DNA of 64,000 bases from an uncultured Candidatus Izemoplasmatales bacterium (GCA_964461565.1 CAYWUZ010000002.1:28366-92365), one strand, 5' to 3'; positions 38,438 to 48,611 are shown, counted from the first letter of the stretch. The notes: generated from the sequence alone by a model not told the origin. Program-made: numbers and translations.

Positions 38438-38479
38438 AAAAAATACCTCCCTTTTATCAATATACTACTGAAGGGAGGT
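38438..38479 (-). terminator. Hairpin plus U-tract after the patatin gene; its 3' arm is the SD of the next gene
   Basis: On the minus strand: ACCTCCCTT (38479..38471), a 17-nt loop, AAGGGAGGT (38453..38445), ATTTTTT, then ATG (38437). Confidence 0.55.
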
Positions 38480-38491
38480 CAATATTCTTTT

Positions 38492-39304
38492 TTAAATTTC
38501 TAAAGGATTTTCTTTAAAATAATTCATTGCATCTTGATATCCAAGTTCAAACCTCGTTAAAGATTGATTAACATCGAAATTCAGAATAGCCCCTAAAGAT
38601 TTTTTATGTTTAATCTCGATGATATGAATCCCTGGATATTTTTTAGTGTTTATTCGAATTAATCTTTCTAAATTAACAACAATAACAGTATCGCACCCAA
38701 CTTCAATCAATGGTTTAACCGGAGTATTATCAAATAACCCTCCATCAAAGGTTTGTCTTCCGTCAATGGTTACTGCTGGAAAAACAAAAGGAATGGAACA
38801 AGAAGCAATAATTTGTTTGTTAATGTCTTCTGGCTTTTGATCTTGTAAAGGAGAGTATATCGCTTTTTTTCTACCTCTTAAATAATGACTAAATGAAGAC
38901 TTAATTAGTCCTAAAGTACCTTCATTTGTTAAACCCGCAGGCGACAAAGTAATATATACTAATTTATCTTTAAGTTTTTCAATCTCTAGATTTTGCTTTA
39001 ATAAGTTTTCTAAATTCTCAATATCTATAACACCGTTCTTTACAAAAGAGAAATCTCTAGAACGTATTTTCTTCATTAAATTTTCTATATAGTTTAAATC
39101 TTCTCTAGGAAAATTAATCCAAATATTTTTAACTTCATCAACTGTCTTTGTCGCAAGTAAACTTGCATTTACAGCCCCAATACTGGTCCCAGAAAAAGCA
39201 TATACTTTATCTAAATAACCAAGTTCCTCAAGTGCTTTACAAACACCCACTTGATATGAACCTCTAGCACCACCGCCAGATAAACATAAGCCTAGTTTAT
39301 TCAT
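38492..39304 (-). CDS. Patatin-like phospholipase
   Basis: 270 aa with oxyanion motif SGGGARG, nucleophile elbow GTSIGA, and catalytic Asp in FDGGLFDN. Confidence 0.88.
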   Translation of the reverse strand: MNKLGLCLSGGGARGSYQVGVCKALEELGYLDKVYAFSGTSIGAVNASLLATKTVDEVKNIWINFPREDLNYIENLMKKIRSRDFSFVKNGVIDIENLENLLKQNLEIEKLKDKLVYITLSPAGLTNEGTLGLIKSSFSHYLRGRKKAIYSPLQDQKPEDINKQIIASCSIPFVFPAVTIDGRQTFDGGLFDNTPVKPLIEVGCDTVIVVNLERLIRINTKKYPGIHIIEIKHKKSLGAILNFDVNQSLTRFELGYQDAMNYFKENPLEI

Positions 39305-39314
39305 AATCTACCTC

Positions 39315-40454
39315 TTAATACTTTAACAATTTATGATTTTGATAACTTTCTTTAATGACACCGCCACCAAGACATATCTCACCTTGATAAAATACGGCAG
39401 CTTGTCCAGGTGTCACTGCTTTGATAGGATGATTTGAAATAACTTCAACATCAGTATCATTAATCCACTTAATAATCACTGTATTGTCATTTTGTCTATA
39501 TCTAAATTTAGCAAGACATTCTAATGTTCCTTCAAATCTATTATGACTAATCCAATGAACATTTTCAACAATGATACGATTTGCGAATAATAAAGGATGG
39601 TTTTTACCTTGTCCTACGACTAAAACATTACGTTCTATGTCTTTTCCTATCACAAACCAAGGTGCATTTTGATATTCTTTATGGCCACCGATTTCCAAGC
39701 CTTTTCTTTGACCTATTGTATAATACATCAGTCCTTCATGTTGACCTATAATATCGCCATCAACTGTTTCTATATTTCCAGGTTTCGTAAAAATATAATT
39801 TTTAAGAAACTCTCTGAAATTTCTTTCACCTATAAAACAAATACCCGTCGAATCTTTTTTATCAAATGTAGGTATCTGTTGTTCTTTCGCTATCTCTCTT
39901 ACTTCTTTTTTTGATAATTCACCTACTGGAAATAGTGATTGTGCTAATTGACTTTGATTTAAATGAGAGAGAAAATAACTTTGATCTTTATTATTATCTA
40001 AACCTCTTAATAAAAAATGCTCTCCATCTACTGTTCTACGTCTGGCATAATGTCCATAAGCAAAATAATCAGCACCGAGTTCTTTAGCTACTTCTTGAAA
40101 TCCTGCAAATTTAACATATTTATTGCATAAAATATCAGGGTTAGGTGTTCTATTTTTTTTATATTCATCTATGAAATATGTAAAAACATAATCCCAATAT
40201 TCTTGAATAAAATCATGACGATGCAATTCAATGCCTAAATGATTAGCCACTTTTAATGCATCTTGATAATCTTGTTCTTGAGGACATGCATCATTTGGAT
40301 CATTAGGATTGCCTAAAATATCATTATTAGCAGCACTATCCCAATTTCTCATAAATAAACCAACAACGTCATACCCTTGTTTTAATAATAAATAAGCACT
40401 GACGGCTGAATCAACACCACCACTTAACCCTACAACAACTTTTTTCTTTTTCAT
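39315..40454 (-). CDS. mnmA: tRNA 2-thiouridine(34) synthase
   Basis: 379 aa with PP-loop GLSGGVDS. ATGA overlap with nadE. Confidence 0.95.
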   Translation of the reverse strand: MKKKKVVVGLSGGVDSAVSAYLLLKQGYDVVGLFMRNWDSAANNDILGNPNDPNDACPQEQDYQDALKVANHLGIELHRHDFIQEYWDYVFTYFIDEYKKNRTPNPDILCNKYVKFAGFQEVAKELGADYFAYGHYARRRTVDGEHFLLRGLDNNKDQSYFLSHLNQSQLAQSLFPVGELSKKEVREIAKEQQIPTFDKKDSTGICFIGERNFREFLKNYIFTKPGNIETVDGDIIGQHEGLMYYTIGQRKGLEIGGHKEYQNAPWFVIGKDIERNVLVVGQGKNHPLLFANRIIVENVHWISHNRFEGTLECLAKFRYRQNDNTVIIKWINDTDVEVISNHPIKAVTPGQAAVFYQGEICLGGGVIKESYQNHKLLKY

Positions 40455-42307
40455 GATCTTTTCACATCCGAGGGTATTCTGTAATCACTTCGAGGTGATA
40501 AACCATAATCAAAAACTTTAGGTGTGTCAGGACTTGCAGTTCGTTTAAATTGTTGAGAATAAAAACGACCAAAGAAATTTTCAACATAGTCTTCGATTTT
40601 ATCTTTTGATAAATCAAAAACATAATTTAATAAGAACTTAATTCTATCTTTGCTATCACCACAATTTAAGAAACGATATAGAATAAAATCATTAATTTCA
40701 TATTTACCTATAATATCTTCAGTTTCTTGATTCGTACTGAGTTCTGGTGTGATTGGTGTATCTAAAATATCATATAAACATGCTTTAACATCGTCTGTAA
40801 AAACATAATCCGCATAGGCTTTTATCATAAATTTCACAACTGTTTTTGGAATGCCTCCATTAACATTATACATAGACATTTGATCGCCATTATATGTTGA
40901 CCAACCTAGTGCAATCTCTGATAAATCCCCAGTACCTAATACAATGCCTTGATGTTTATTAGCCATATTCATTAAAACCATGGTTCTGGCTCTGGCTTGA
41001 GAGTTTTCATATGTAATATCTTCTGTTTTACCATCATGACCTAATAAGTCTAGATGATCTTTAATATGTTCTTTTAAGTCAATCTCTTCATTGGTTACAC
41101 CTAAAAGTTCCATTAATTTTTTAGCGTTTTGGTTGGTTCTATCAGAGGTATGCATACCAGGTAAGGTATAAGCCATTATCCCTGATCTATCTAGACCTAA
41201 ATAATCAAATGAATTCACAGCGACTAATAAAGCAAGAGATGAATCTAATCCACCGCTAATTCCTATCACTATTTTCTTAATACCTATATGTGATATACGT
41301 TTAGACAATCCAAATTCTTGGATAGAAGCTATTTTTTTAAATGTTTCATAAGTATCTTTTTTTGGTACAAAAGGTAAAGGATCCATTGGATAAGAAAATT
41401 GAAAATCATCCTTTTCTTCTAAATTAAACTCAACATTTTGATATTGAAATTTATATTTTAAAATTGAATCTCTAAAACTTGAATTTGATCTTCTCTCATA
41501 TGCTAATCTTTCCATATCAAGATCAACATATAGAATCGATGTTTCTAATGAAAAGACATTCACTTCTTTAATAAGCCTTGAGTTATTAGCGACAATATTA
41601 TGTCCTGAAAAAACAGTTTCAGAGCTTGATTCACTAGCGCCTGCAGAACAGTAAGCATATATACCACAATTCTTACGCGAATGTTCTAATACTGAATTTC
41701 TTCTAACAGCTTCTTTTCCAACAGTTTCATTGGAAGCTGATATATTAAAAATGATATTAGCGCCATTCACACTTAATAGATTTCCTGGTGTAATTGTTGC
41801 CCACATATCTTCACAGATTTCAATTCCAAATTTGATGTCTTTGTAATTAAAAATAATATGTCCAAAAGGAACATCCATTCCTAAATAAGCAACATTTTTT
41901 ATTTGATCTACTGCATCAAACCCACTATTAAACCAACGTTTTTCATAATATTCTTTAGCATTTGGTAAATAAAATTTAGGAACTATACCTAATATTTTAT
42001 TTTTTTGTACAACCACAGCTGCATTTAAAACCATTTCTTCAACTAAAATTGGCATACCAAAAATAACAATCCCTTCAAAGCGATTGTGATTTAAAAAGTA
42101 TTGAACTGAATTTTGATTATCAGTAAATAAACTATTTTGGAAAAACAAATCTCCACAACTATAGCCAGTCGTCGCTAGTTCAGGAAATACTGCTATTGAA
42201 CTAGGATTATGTTCTAAAGCTTCTAACATTTGTAATACATTAAATTGTGGGTTTCCAACTTCCAATTTAGGTGAAATAAGTGATATTTTCATAAAACCTT
42301 TATACAT
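40451..42307 (-). CDS. nadE: Glutamine-dependent NAD+ synthetase (long form with N-terminal nitrilase-type domain)
   Basis: 618 aa. Has a CN-hydrolase-like N-terminal half (CEDMW) and PP-loop GISGGLDSS in the C-terminal half. Confidence 0.9.
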   Translation of the reverse strand: MYKGFMKISLISPKLEVGNPQFNVLQMLEALEHNPSSIAVFPELATTGYSCGDLFFQNSLFTDNQNSVQYFLNHNRFEGIVIFGMPILVEEMVLNAAVVVQKNKILGIVPKFYLPNAKEYYEKRWFNSGFDAVDQIKNVAYLGMDVPFGHIIFNYKDIKFGIEICEDMWATITPGNLLSVNGANIIFNISASNETVGKEAVRRNSVLEHSRKNCGIYAYCSAGASESSSETVFSGHNIVANNSRLIKEVNVFSLETSILYVDLDMERLAYERRSNSSFRDSILKYKFQYQNVEFNLEEKDDFQFSYPMDPLPFVPKKDTYETFKKIASIQEFGLSKRISHIGIKKIVIGISGGLDSSLALLVAVNSFDYLGLDRSGIMAYTLPGMHTSDRTNQNAKKLMELLGVTNEEIDLKEHIKDHLDLLGHDGKTEDITYENSQARARTMVLMNMANKHQGIVLGTGDLSEIALGWSTYNGDQMSMYNVNGGIPKTVVKFMIKAYADYVFTDDVKACLYDILDTPITPELSTNQETEDIIGKYEINDFILYRFLNCGDSKDRIKFLLNYVFDLSKDKIEDYVENFFGRFYSQQFKRTASPDTPKVFDYGLSPRSDYRIPSDVKRS

Positions 42308-42888
42308 TAGTAATTACCTCGATATAAATCATTTTTCATAATATAGTGATAAACTGCTTCATCAACATAACTTGGATCTAAAGTTTCTCTAAACATCGTT
42401 GATGAAATATTTGAATGATAATTTTTTAATATAATAAAATGATCCTTATATTTATATAACAGTGGATTACTTTTAAGCTTTTCTTCAACAATTTCATTGT
42501 TTCTATTAACCACAATGAATTTAAAATCATTCAGTAATTTTTCTGCATTAATCCAATGATCAAGATGCCTTAAATTATCTGCACCTAGTACAAAAGCAAT
42601 CTCTTCATCAGGGAACTCATTTTTAATTCTTAAAAGAGACTGATAAGTACCTAAAAACTTATCGTCTTCAGTTTCTATTTTTGATATAGATGCTTTATCT
42701 AAATCTCTTATCAGTATTTTTAACATCTCTACACGATAATGATCATCAATTAAATTTCCTTTTGAATACTTTTTAGAGACTGGCAAAAACAAGAATTTAT
42801 CTAATTTAACCATATGATCTATCAAATGATAAATTTCCTTATGTGCTAGGGTTGGTGGGTTAAAAGCGCCGCCAAATACAACAATCAT
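42307..42888 (-). CDS. nadD: Nicotinate-nucleotide adenylyltransferase
   Basis: 193 aa with the GGAFNPPTLAH motif. Its stop overlaps the nadE start (TAATG). Confidence 0.9.
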   Translation of the reverse strand: MIVVFGGAFNPPTLAHKEIYHLIDHMVKLDKFLFLPVSKKYSKGNLIDDHYRVEMLKILIRDLDKASISKIETEDDKFLGTYQSLLRIKNEFPDEEIAFVLGADNLRHLDHWINAEKLLNDFKFIVVNRNNEIVEEKLKSNPLLYKYKDHFIILKNYHSNISSTMFRETLDPSYVDEAVYHYIMKNDLYRGNY

Positions 42889-42990
42889 ATAAGCCTCCTC
42901 TATTCATTTTATCACAATAAATTGCCATTTAAAAGCGAATTATCACTTTAAATACATTGCTTATATGATATACTTAAGTGGGAGGTAATT

Positions 42991-44013
42991 ATGGATAAAA
43001 ATACATCTTATATTATTGAATTTGCAAAACAAATATTAAGTATACCATCACCAAGTGGTTACACTCATGAAGTGATTGAAGCTATTGAGGCTGAAACTAA
43101 AGCCCTAGGTTTTAAATGTTCTAAAACAAAAAAGGGAAATCTAATCATTGAAGTTGATGGATTAACTAAAGAAACCTTAGGTTTATCAGCACATGTAGAT
43201 ACCTTAGGTGCAATGGTTAGAAGTATTACTAGTGATGGACAATTAAAATTCACAACAATCGGTGGCCCTATTTGGCCAACTCTTGATGGTGAATATTGTA
43301 CTGTCCACACAAGAGAAAACCGTAATATTTCAGGAACTTTTCTTTCTACGAGCCCTTCTTCTCATGTTTACAAAAATGCTAGTACTGAAACAAGAAATCC
43401 AGATAATATGATTATTCGGATTGATGAAGTTGTTAAATCTAAAGAAGACGTAGAAAATCTTGGAATTCGACCTGGAGACTTTATTTTCTTTGATCCTAAA
43501 ACAACAGTCACTGATACTGGATATATAAAAAGTCGTTTTCTAGATGATAAAATCTCAGTAGCTATTATCTTTGGTTTATTAAAACATATAAAAGATAATA
43601 AAATCAAACCTAAACAACAACTTAAAATTATCATCTCTACTTATGAAGAAGTTGGTCATGGAGCGTCATATATTCCTGAGGTAGATGAAATGATCGCTGT
43701 TGATATGGGATGCATTGGAGAAGACTTATCATGTACAGAACATGATGTTAGTATTTGCGCTAAAGATTCAAGTGGTCCTTATGACTTTAACATTATTACA
43801 AAACTAGTTGATATATCTAAAAGAGAAAAACTAAACTTTGTAACTGATATATATCCGTTTTATGGATCTGATGTTTCAGCCGCATATCGCGGAGGTAAAG
43901 ACTTTAGAGGTGGACTTATCGGTCCTGGTGTGCATGCTTCTCATGGTATGGAGCGCACTCATATAGATGCACTTGAAGCTACTTTCAAACTATTATTAAA
44001 CTATATTCAATAA
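42991..44013 (+). CDS. M42-family metallo-aminopeptidase (FrvX/YsdC-like)
   Basis: 340 aa. Characteristic SPSGYTHEV N-terminus, metal ligands in SAHVDTLG, EEVGHGA. Confidence 0.85.
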   Translation: MDKNTSYIIEFAKQILSIPSPSGYTHEVIEAIEAETKALGFKCSKTKKGNLIIEVDGLTKETLGLSAHVDTLGAMVRSITSDGQLKFTTIGGPIWPTLDGEYCTVHTRENRNISGTFLSTSPSSHVYKNASTETRNPDNMIIRIDEVVKSKEDVENLGIRPGDFIFFDPKTTVTDTGYIKSRFLDDKISVAIIFGLLKHIKDNKIKPKQQLKIIISTYEEVGHGASYIPEVDEMIAVDMGCIGEDLSCTEHDVSICAKDSSGPYDFNIITKLVDISKREKLNFVTDIYPFYGSDVSAAYRGGKDFRGGLIGPGVHASHGMERTHIDALEATFKLLLNYIQ

Positions 44014-44040
44014 AAAAAGGCACTCGCGTGCCTTTTATTT
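44012..44040. terminator. Bidirectional terminator between convergent genes
   Basis: aaaaaaaggcac-tcgc-gtgccttttatttttt: a GC-rich 6-bp core extended by A/T pairs, with T-runs on both strands. Confidence 0.7.
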
Positions 44041-44895
44041 TTTCATAAATTCAGAAAACTCAATAGGTAAATCATGCTTAACAACCAATTCATCTTCATT
44101 GATTGGATGTTTGAATCTTACCTTATAACAATCAAGTAAAATACGTTCTACAGGATATTTAGCTTCATTATAGTATTTATCTCCAACTACTGGAAAATCA
44201 AAATAAGCTAAATGTACTTTTATTTGATGAGTGATTTTATTTTTAACTTGAATGTCTAATAAAGAATATGTTTTATTTTCCTTTAGTACTTGATACTTTG
44301 TTTCACATTCTTTACCATCTTCAGTCACTTCTCTTAAACTTGAATCACTTTTCTTGCCTATTGGTAAACAAATATCAAATTTTTTAGCTGGAATCTCTCC
44401 ATCAACAATGGCTTGATAATAAAATAAAGCTTCATTCTCTACTTTATCACTCATTAAAAAACTAATGAATTGATGTTTTGCTAAAACAACTAAACCTGAA
44501 AGATCTGTATCTAAACGATTAATAAAATGTAATTTAGCAGAAATCCCTTTTGATTGGTAGTAATGTATAATCGCATTGGCTAAAGTGTTTTTAGGATATT
44601 TTTTTGATACCATCATCCGAATATTGGCTGGTTTATTAATAACCAATAGATATTCATCTTCATAAGCGATATCAAGTTTCATATTTTGTGGAAAGATTTT
44701 TTCTAAAGGTTCATCTTTGATATGAAAGTGAATTTTATCACCTTTACGAACAGTATCCTTAGTCGATTTGATTTGATTATTTACAAAAATCTTGTAAAGT
44801 TTTTCATCTCTTTCTAAAATACTTGTTGGAATATGATTTTCAACAATGAAGCGTTTGATTGTTTCAGGTTTTTTTACTTTATATATCAGTTCCAT
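44035..44895 (-). CDS. RluA-family 23S rRNA/tRNA pseudouridine synthase
   Basis: 286 aa with catalytic motif NRLDTDLSGLVVLAK. Confidence 0.88.
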   Translation of the reverse strand: MELIYKVKKPETIKRFIVENHIPTSILERDEKLYKIFVNNQIKSTKDTVRKGDKIHFHIKDEPLEKIFPQNMKLDIAYEDEYLLVINKPANIRMMVSKKYPKNTLANAIIHYYQSKGISAKLHFINRLDTDLSGLVVLAKHQFISFLMSDKVENEALFYYQAIVDGEIPAKKFDICLPIGKKSDSSLREVTEDGKECETKYQVLKENKTYSLLDIQVKNKITHQIKVHLAYFDFPVVGDKYYNEAKYPVERILLDCYKVRFKHPINEDELVVKHDLPIEFSEFMKK

Positions 44896-45020
44896 ATCTA
44901 TCTCTATAATTAAACAATGTTAATTATAAATCCCCTCTTTCATTATTATCACTAAAAATTATTATACCATATTCATGACAAAATTGCATTCTTTAATTTA
45001 TCAATGAACAAAAAGATTAA

Positions 45021-45602
45021 TTATTTATTTAATGATTTGAATAGTTTTGAGTCTTCAATATCGATAAAATTTTGATATAATTTTTCAATTAAATCATGAT
45101 TAAACGGATACAATCTTTGATCAATACGACTTCTTAAATCTAAAGTTTCTTTAGCTAAAATATTAGTAATTTTATCACTATAATTCATTTCTTTAGAATG
45201 AGCTTTAAACTCATGTATATCAACGACTCTATAAGTAAAATCAGATTCAACTCTTAAATCTAAATCATAATCAATATATTTAATAGCTTCATCATCGATG
45301 AGCGCTGGAGAAGCTAAATTACAGTAAAATGTAATTCTTTTTTTCTTTAAAATCGCGATGACATTATACCAATGGTTTTTAAAGAAAAAAGATACAGAAG
45401 GTTCTTTTGTATACCAAAAACGTCCATTTGACTCAACAACCTTTGTACGTTTATTAGCGACAATAATACAATCTTCGTTATTTTCAATAACTGTTTCATG
45501 TTTCCAAATTCTATGTAAGCTTTGATTATGTTTATAACTTTGTATAATGACATTATCCCCTATATTTATCTGCATCATGTCACCTACTCTTCGAGCAACC
45601 AA
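45021..45602 (-). CDS. DUF402-family nucleoside tri-/diphosphatase (Ntdp-like)
   Basis: Motifs IQSYKHNQSLHRIW ... YCNLASP ... YIDYDLD match the S. aureus Ntdp/YgaC family from memory. The likely start is MMQINIG (45578). Confidence 0.75.
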   Translation of the reverse strand: MVARRVGDMMQINIGDNVIIQSYKHNQSLHRIWKHETVIENNEDCIIVANKRTKVVESNGRFWYTKEPSVSFFFKNHWYNVIAILKKKRITFYCNLASPALIDDEAIKYIDYDLDLRVESDFTYRVVDIHEFKAHSKEMNYSDKITNILAKETLDLRSRIDQRLYPFNHDLIEKLYQNFIDIEDSKLFKSLNK

Positions 45603-46102
45603 TCTTCACCCTTTAACGTTTCAGGCTCAGTTTTGCTTAAATTTAAGTAATCTAATTGTCCTAAGACTTCATAAATCATAATAGCGGCTGTATTGGCAAG
45701 ATTAAGAGAACGAATTTTATCGCTCATCGGTAATCGAACACAACGGTCTAAATGTTCTCTTAGAATAGATTTTGGTATTCCAGTAGATTCTCTACCAAAG
45801 ATTAAAAATATATCACCTTTTGCTTCTTTAAAATCAAACTCTCTTGGTGACTTTTTTCCATAACGAGTTATAAAATAATAATCACCTTGATTTTTACTTA
45901 TAAAGTCTTCGAATGATTCATAAACAAAATAATGGACATTATCTAAATAGTTTACAGCGACTCGTTTCAAATATTTTGGATCAAGTTTAAAACCTAAGGG
46001 TTTAATAAGATGTAAAATACAATCAGTTCCTGCACAAGTCCTCATAATATTAGCAGTGTTTTGAGGAATTTCAGGTTGATATAATACTACATTTAAACTC
46101 AT
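45584..46102 (-). CDS. trmL: SpoU-family tRNA (cytidine/uridine-2'-O)-methyltransferase
   Basis: 172 aa. LYQPEIPQNTANIMRTC N-terminus and LNLANTAAIMIYE C-terminal knot motif. Confidence 0.85.
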   Translation of the reverse strand: MSLNVVLYQPEIPQNTANIMRTCAGTDCILHLIKPLGFKLDPKYLKRVAVNYLDNVHYFVYESFEDFISKNQGDYYFITRYGKKSPREFDFKEAKGDIFLIFGRESTGIPKSILREHLDRCVRLPMSDKIRSLNLANTAAIMIYEVLGQLDYLNLSKTEPETLKGEDWLLEE

Positions 46103-47418
46103 TTTTTCTTAACAATCCTATTTAATTTTTTCTTTTCAATTGCGACTTTTTGATTATATTTTTTCTTGTATCCTGGCTTTACTTTGGTTGTCTTTTTAAC
46201 TTTAAGTTTAGCCATTCGATCAGAGTCATTTTCTTTCCAACTTCTTTGAGAACGAGCATTTCTATCTTTAGCATCAATTATTTGATTATTCTTGATTTCT
46301 TTATAATGTGTACGAACACCTTTATGTTCTAGTTGATCTAGGTATGAATTATCATTAAACTCATAGAGTGAAATTGCTTCACCATCCATATTCACACGTC
46401 CAGTTCTTCCTGTACGATGGATATAGAACTCTGTATCACTTGGTAATTCATAGTTAATAACATGTGATACACCAATAATATCAATACCACGGGCTAAAAT
46501 ATCAGTCGCGACGATGTATTGAAAATCTAAATGATTGATACGTTGAATTAGTTGTTTGCGTTTTCTATGAGATAATCCCCCATGGAACAAGGTTACATTA
46601 TAATTCTTATCCTCCATCACTTGGTGGACTTCTTCAGCGGATTCTTTTGTATTACAGAATATAATTGCTAAATAAGGATTAATCGAATTTAAAATTTGAT
46701 TTAAAATCTCAAGTCTGGCTTTTTCTTTTGTCTTAATAAAGAAATGATCAATATTTAAATTTGATATTTCGTCTGGATGTACTTTAATTGTTACGGGATT
46801 TTTAAGATATTTTCTTAAAAATGGTAATAATCTTTCTGGAATTGTCGCTGAAAAAACCATGAATTTAGCTTTTGTACAAACATTAGCTAAATTTGATAAT
46901 TCTTCAACGAAATTTTGATCAAGCGCCATATCAGCTTCATCAATGATAAAATAAGATGCAGTATAGATTTTCAAGACATTTTCTTTAAAAACTAAATCAT
47001 GCAATCTTCCAGGTGTACCAATAACAATATGAGGCTGTCTAGATTCTAAGTGTTCAATACTTTGATCTCTATCTGTTCCTCCAGTAACCACATCTATCCG
47101 AATTGTTTTTGGTGAATGTTCAATAAGTTCTTTTGCAAACCTTTCAATTTGTAAAGCAAGTTCTCTTGTCGGTGCGACAATCACTGCTTGACAATTTGAG
47201 TTATTTTCATCCAATTTTTCTAAAATAGGTAATAAAAAAGAATGGGTTTTTCCAGACCCAGTTTTTGCTTCTACGATTAATGGTTGATTTTGTTCATCTA
47301 ATTCTTGTACTTTTTTTTGTACGTCTGTCAGTTCATTAAAATGAATGGCAGCTAAAGCGTCATTCAAGTAAGTTTTGTTAAATTTTTTCATAAGATACCT
47401 TCTTTGTATTTTTCTCAT
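46099..47418 (-). CDS. DEAD-box ATP-dependent RNA helicase
   Basis: Motifs AKTGSGKT, DEAD, SAT, HRTGRTGR, plus a Lys-rich C-terminal tail. The likely start is MKKFNKTY (47391). Confidence 0.92.
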   Translation of the reverse strand: MRKIQRRYLMKKFNKTYLNDALAAIHFNELTDVQKKVQELDEQNQPLIVEAKTGSGKTHSFLLPILEKLDENNSNCQAVIVAPTRELALQIERFAKELIEHSPKTIRIDVVTGGTDRDQSIEHLESRQPHIVIGTPGRLHDLVFKENVLKIYTASYFIIDEADMALDQNFVEELSNLANVCTKAKFMVFSATIPERLLPFLRKYLKNPVTIKVHPDEISNLNIDHFFIKTKEKARLEILNQILNSINPYLAIIFCNTKESAEEVHQVMEDKNYNVTLFHGGLSHRKRKQLIQRINHLDFQYIVATDILARGIDIIGVSHVINYELPSDTEFYIHRTGRTGRVNMDGEAISLYEFNDNSYLDQLEHKGVRTHYKEIKNNQIIDAKDRNARSQRSWKENDSDRMAKLKVKKTTKVKPGYKKKYNQKVAIEKKKLNRIVKKK

Positions 47419-47468
47419 ATCTATTATATAATAGAAAAGGCTTAAAGTAAATCAATAAGGGGTAAAAC

Positions 47469-48344
47469 ATGATAGTTAGAGACATTCGGCCTAGAGGCTT
47501 TTGTAAAGGTGTACATTTCGCCATTGAAAAAGTTAAAGAGGTTTTAAATTCTAAAGATTATCCAAGACCTATATATGTCTTGGGATATATAGTTCATAAT
47601 AAACACGTTGTTGATGAAATAACTGAACTTGGAGCGATTACTTTAGATGATAAAGATAAATCAAGAATTGATCTTATTAATGAAATTGACACTGGTACCA
47701 TCATTATTTCTGCACATGGAACGCCTTTAGATGTCATTGATAGAATTAAAGAAAAAAATTTAACTCTCGTAGACGCGACTTGTCAAGATGTCTATATTAC
47801 TCATGATTTAATTAAAGCATACCTTAAAAAAGATTATCAAGTTATCTATATTGGTAAGAAAGACCATCCAGAAACAAATGCTTCTCTTTCTTTAGGTAAA
47901 AATGTCTATTTGGTTGAAACTACTGATGATGTAAAAAACATTCAGATGAATGAACCAATATTCGTAACAAATCAAACGACATTTAGTATTAAAGATATTT
48001 TTGATATCCATTTAGCTTTAAAAGATAAATATCAAGACATTATCATTACTGAAGAAATTTGTAATGCAACAAGAATTAGACAAAATGCAATTATTCAAGC
48101 TAATAATGATGTCGATCTATGTTATATTGTTGGTGATCCTAGATCAAATAATTCTAAAAACTTAGTTAAGATTTCAGAATTAATTACCAATACTAAAACA
48201 TTTTTAATTCAATCAGTCGATGATATATCCATTGATGATTTAAAAGGAGTTCATATTGTTTCAGTTTCTTCAGGGGCATCAACGCCTGAACATTTGACAA
48301 AAAGTGTCATTGAATTTTTAAAAAACTATTCAGTTGAGAATTAA
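47469..48344 (+). CDS. ispH: 4-hydroxy-3-methylbut-2-enyl diphosphate reductase
   Basis: 291 aa with the PRGFCKGV N-terminal Cys motif. LytB family. Confidence 0.9.
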   Translation: MIVRDIRPRGFCKGVHFAIEKVKEVLNSKDYPRPIYVLGYIVHNKHVVDEITELGAITLDDKDKSRIDLINEIDTGTIIISAHGTPLDVIDRIKEKNLTLVDATCQDVYITHDLIKAYLKKDYQVIYIGKKDHPETNASLSLGKNVYLVETTDDVKNIQMNEPIFVTNQTTFSIKDIFDIHLALKDKYQDIIITEEICNATRIRQNAIIQANNDVDLCYIVGDPRSNNSKNLVKISELITNTKTFLIQSVDDISIDDLKGVHIVSVSSGASTPEHLTKSVIEFLKNYSVEN

Positions 48345-48405
48345 ACCTTTATTTTTTCAGTTGATTAGTTTATAATAGTTTATACAGAGTTTTTGAGGTG
48401 ATAAT

Positions 48406-48564
48406 ATGGCAAAAGAAAAAAATCAAGTTAAAGAAGAAATAAGAACTTATAATCCGACTAAAAGCAAATTCGGTAAATTCATTTTATTGATATTGGCAGT
48501 TGGGATGTTTTTAGGTATCCTTATCGCAGCTATTTGGTCTATGGTTGACGTACTTCTAGGTTAA
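48406..48564 (+). CDS. Small (52 aa) single-pass membrane protein, not in the ORF track
   Basis: GAGGTGA lies 4 nt upstream of the ATG. Product is MAKEKNQVKEEIRTYNPTKSKFGKFILLILAVGMFLGILIAAIWSMVDVLLG. A terminator follows. Confidence 0.5.
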   Translation: MAKEKNQVKEEIRTYNPTKSKFGKFILLILAVGMFLGILIAAIWSMVDVLLG

Positions 48565-48570
48565 ACTTTA

Positions 48571-48600
48571 AAAAAAGCACAATCATTTGTGCTTTTTTTT
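48571..48600. terminator. Bidirectional terminator (small ORF on plus, recN on minus)
   Basis: aaaaaagcaca-atcatt-tgtgctttttttt. Confidence 0.7.
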
Positions 48601-48611
48601 ATGTTTATCTA

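Noticed and set aside
38492-39304. Patatin-like phospholipase as a CBASS-type anti-phage effector.
   Set aside because: There is no CD-NTase/cyclase, no E1/E2/JAB accessory genes and no sensor domain fused or adjacent. The gene sits directly after nadD-nadE-mnmA and looks like a housekeeping RssA/YqhO-type lipase.
44896-45020. AT-only 9-bp inverted repeat TATAATTAA/TTAATTATA just upstream of the pseudouridine synthase start, considered as a regulatory element.
   Set aside because: It is an all-A/T stem of low stability in about 30% GC DNA, so it is easily fortuitous. No associated motif or U-tract is present.
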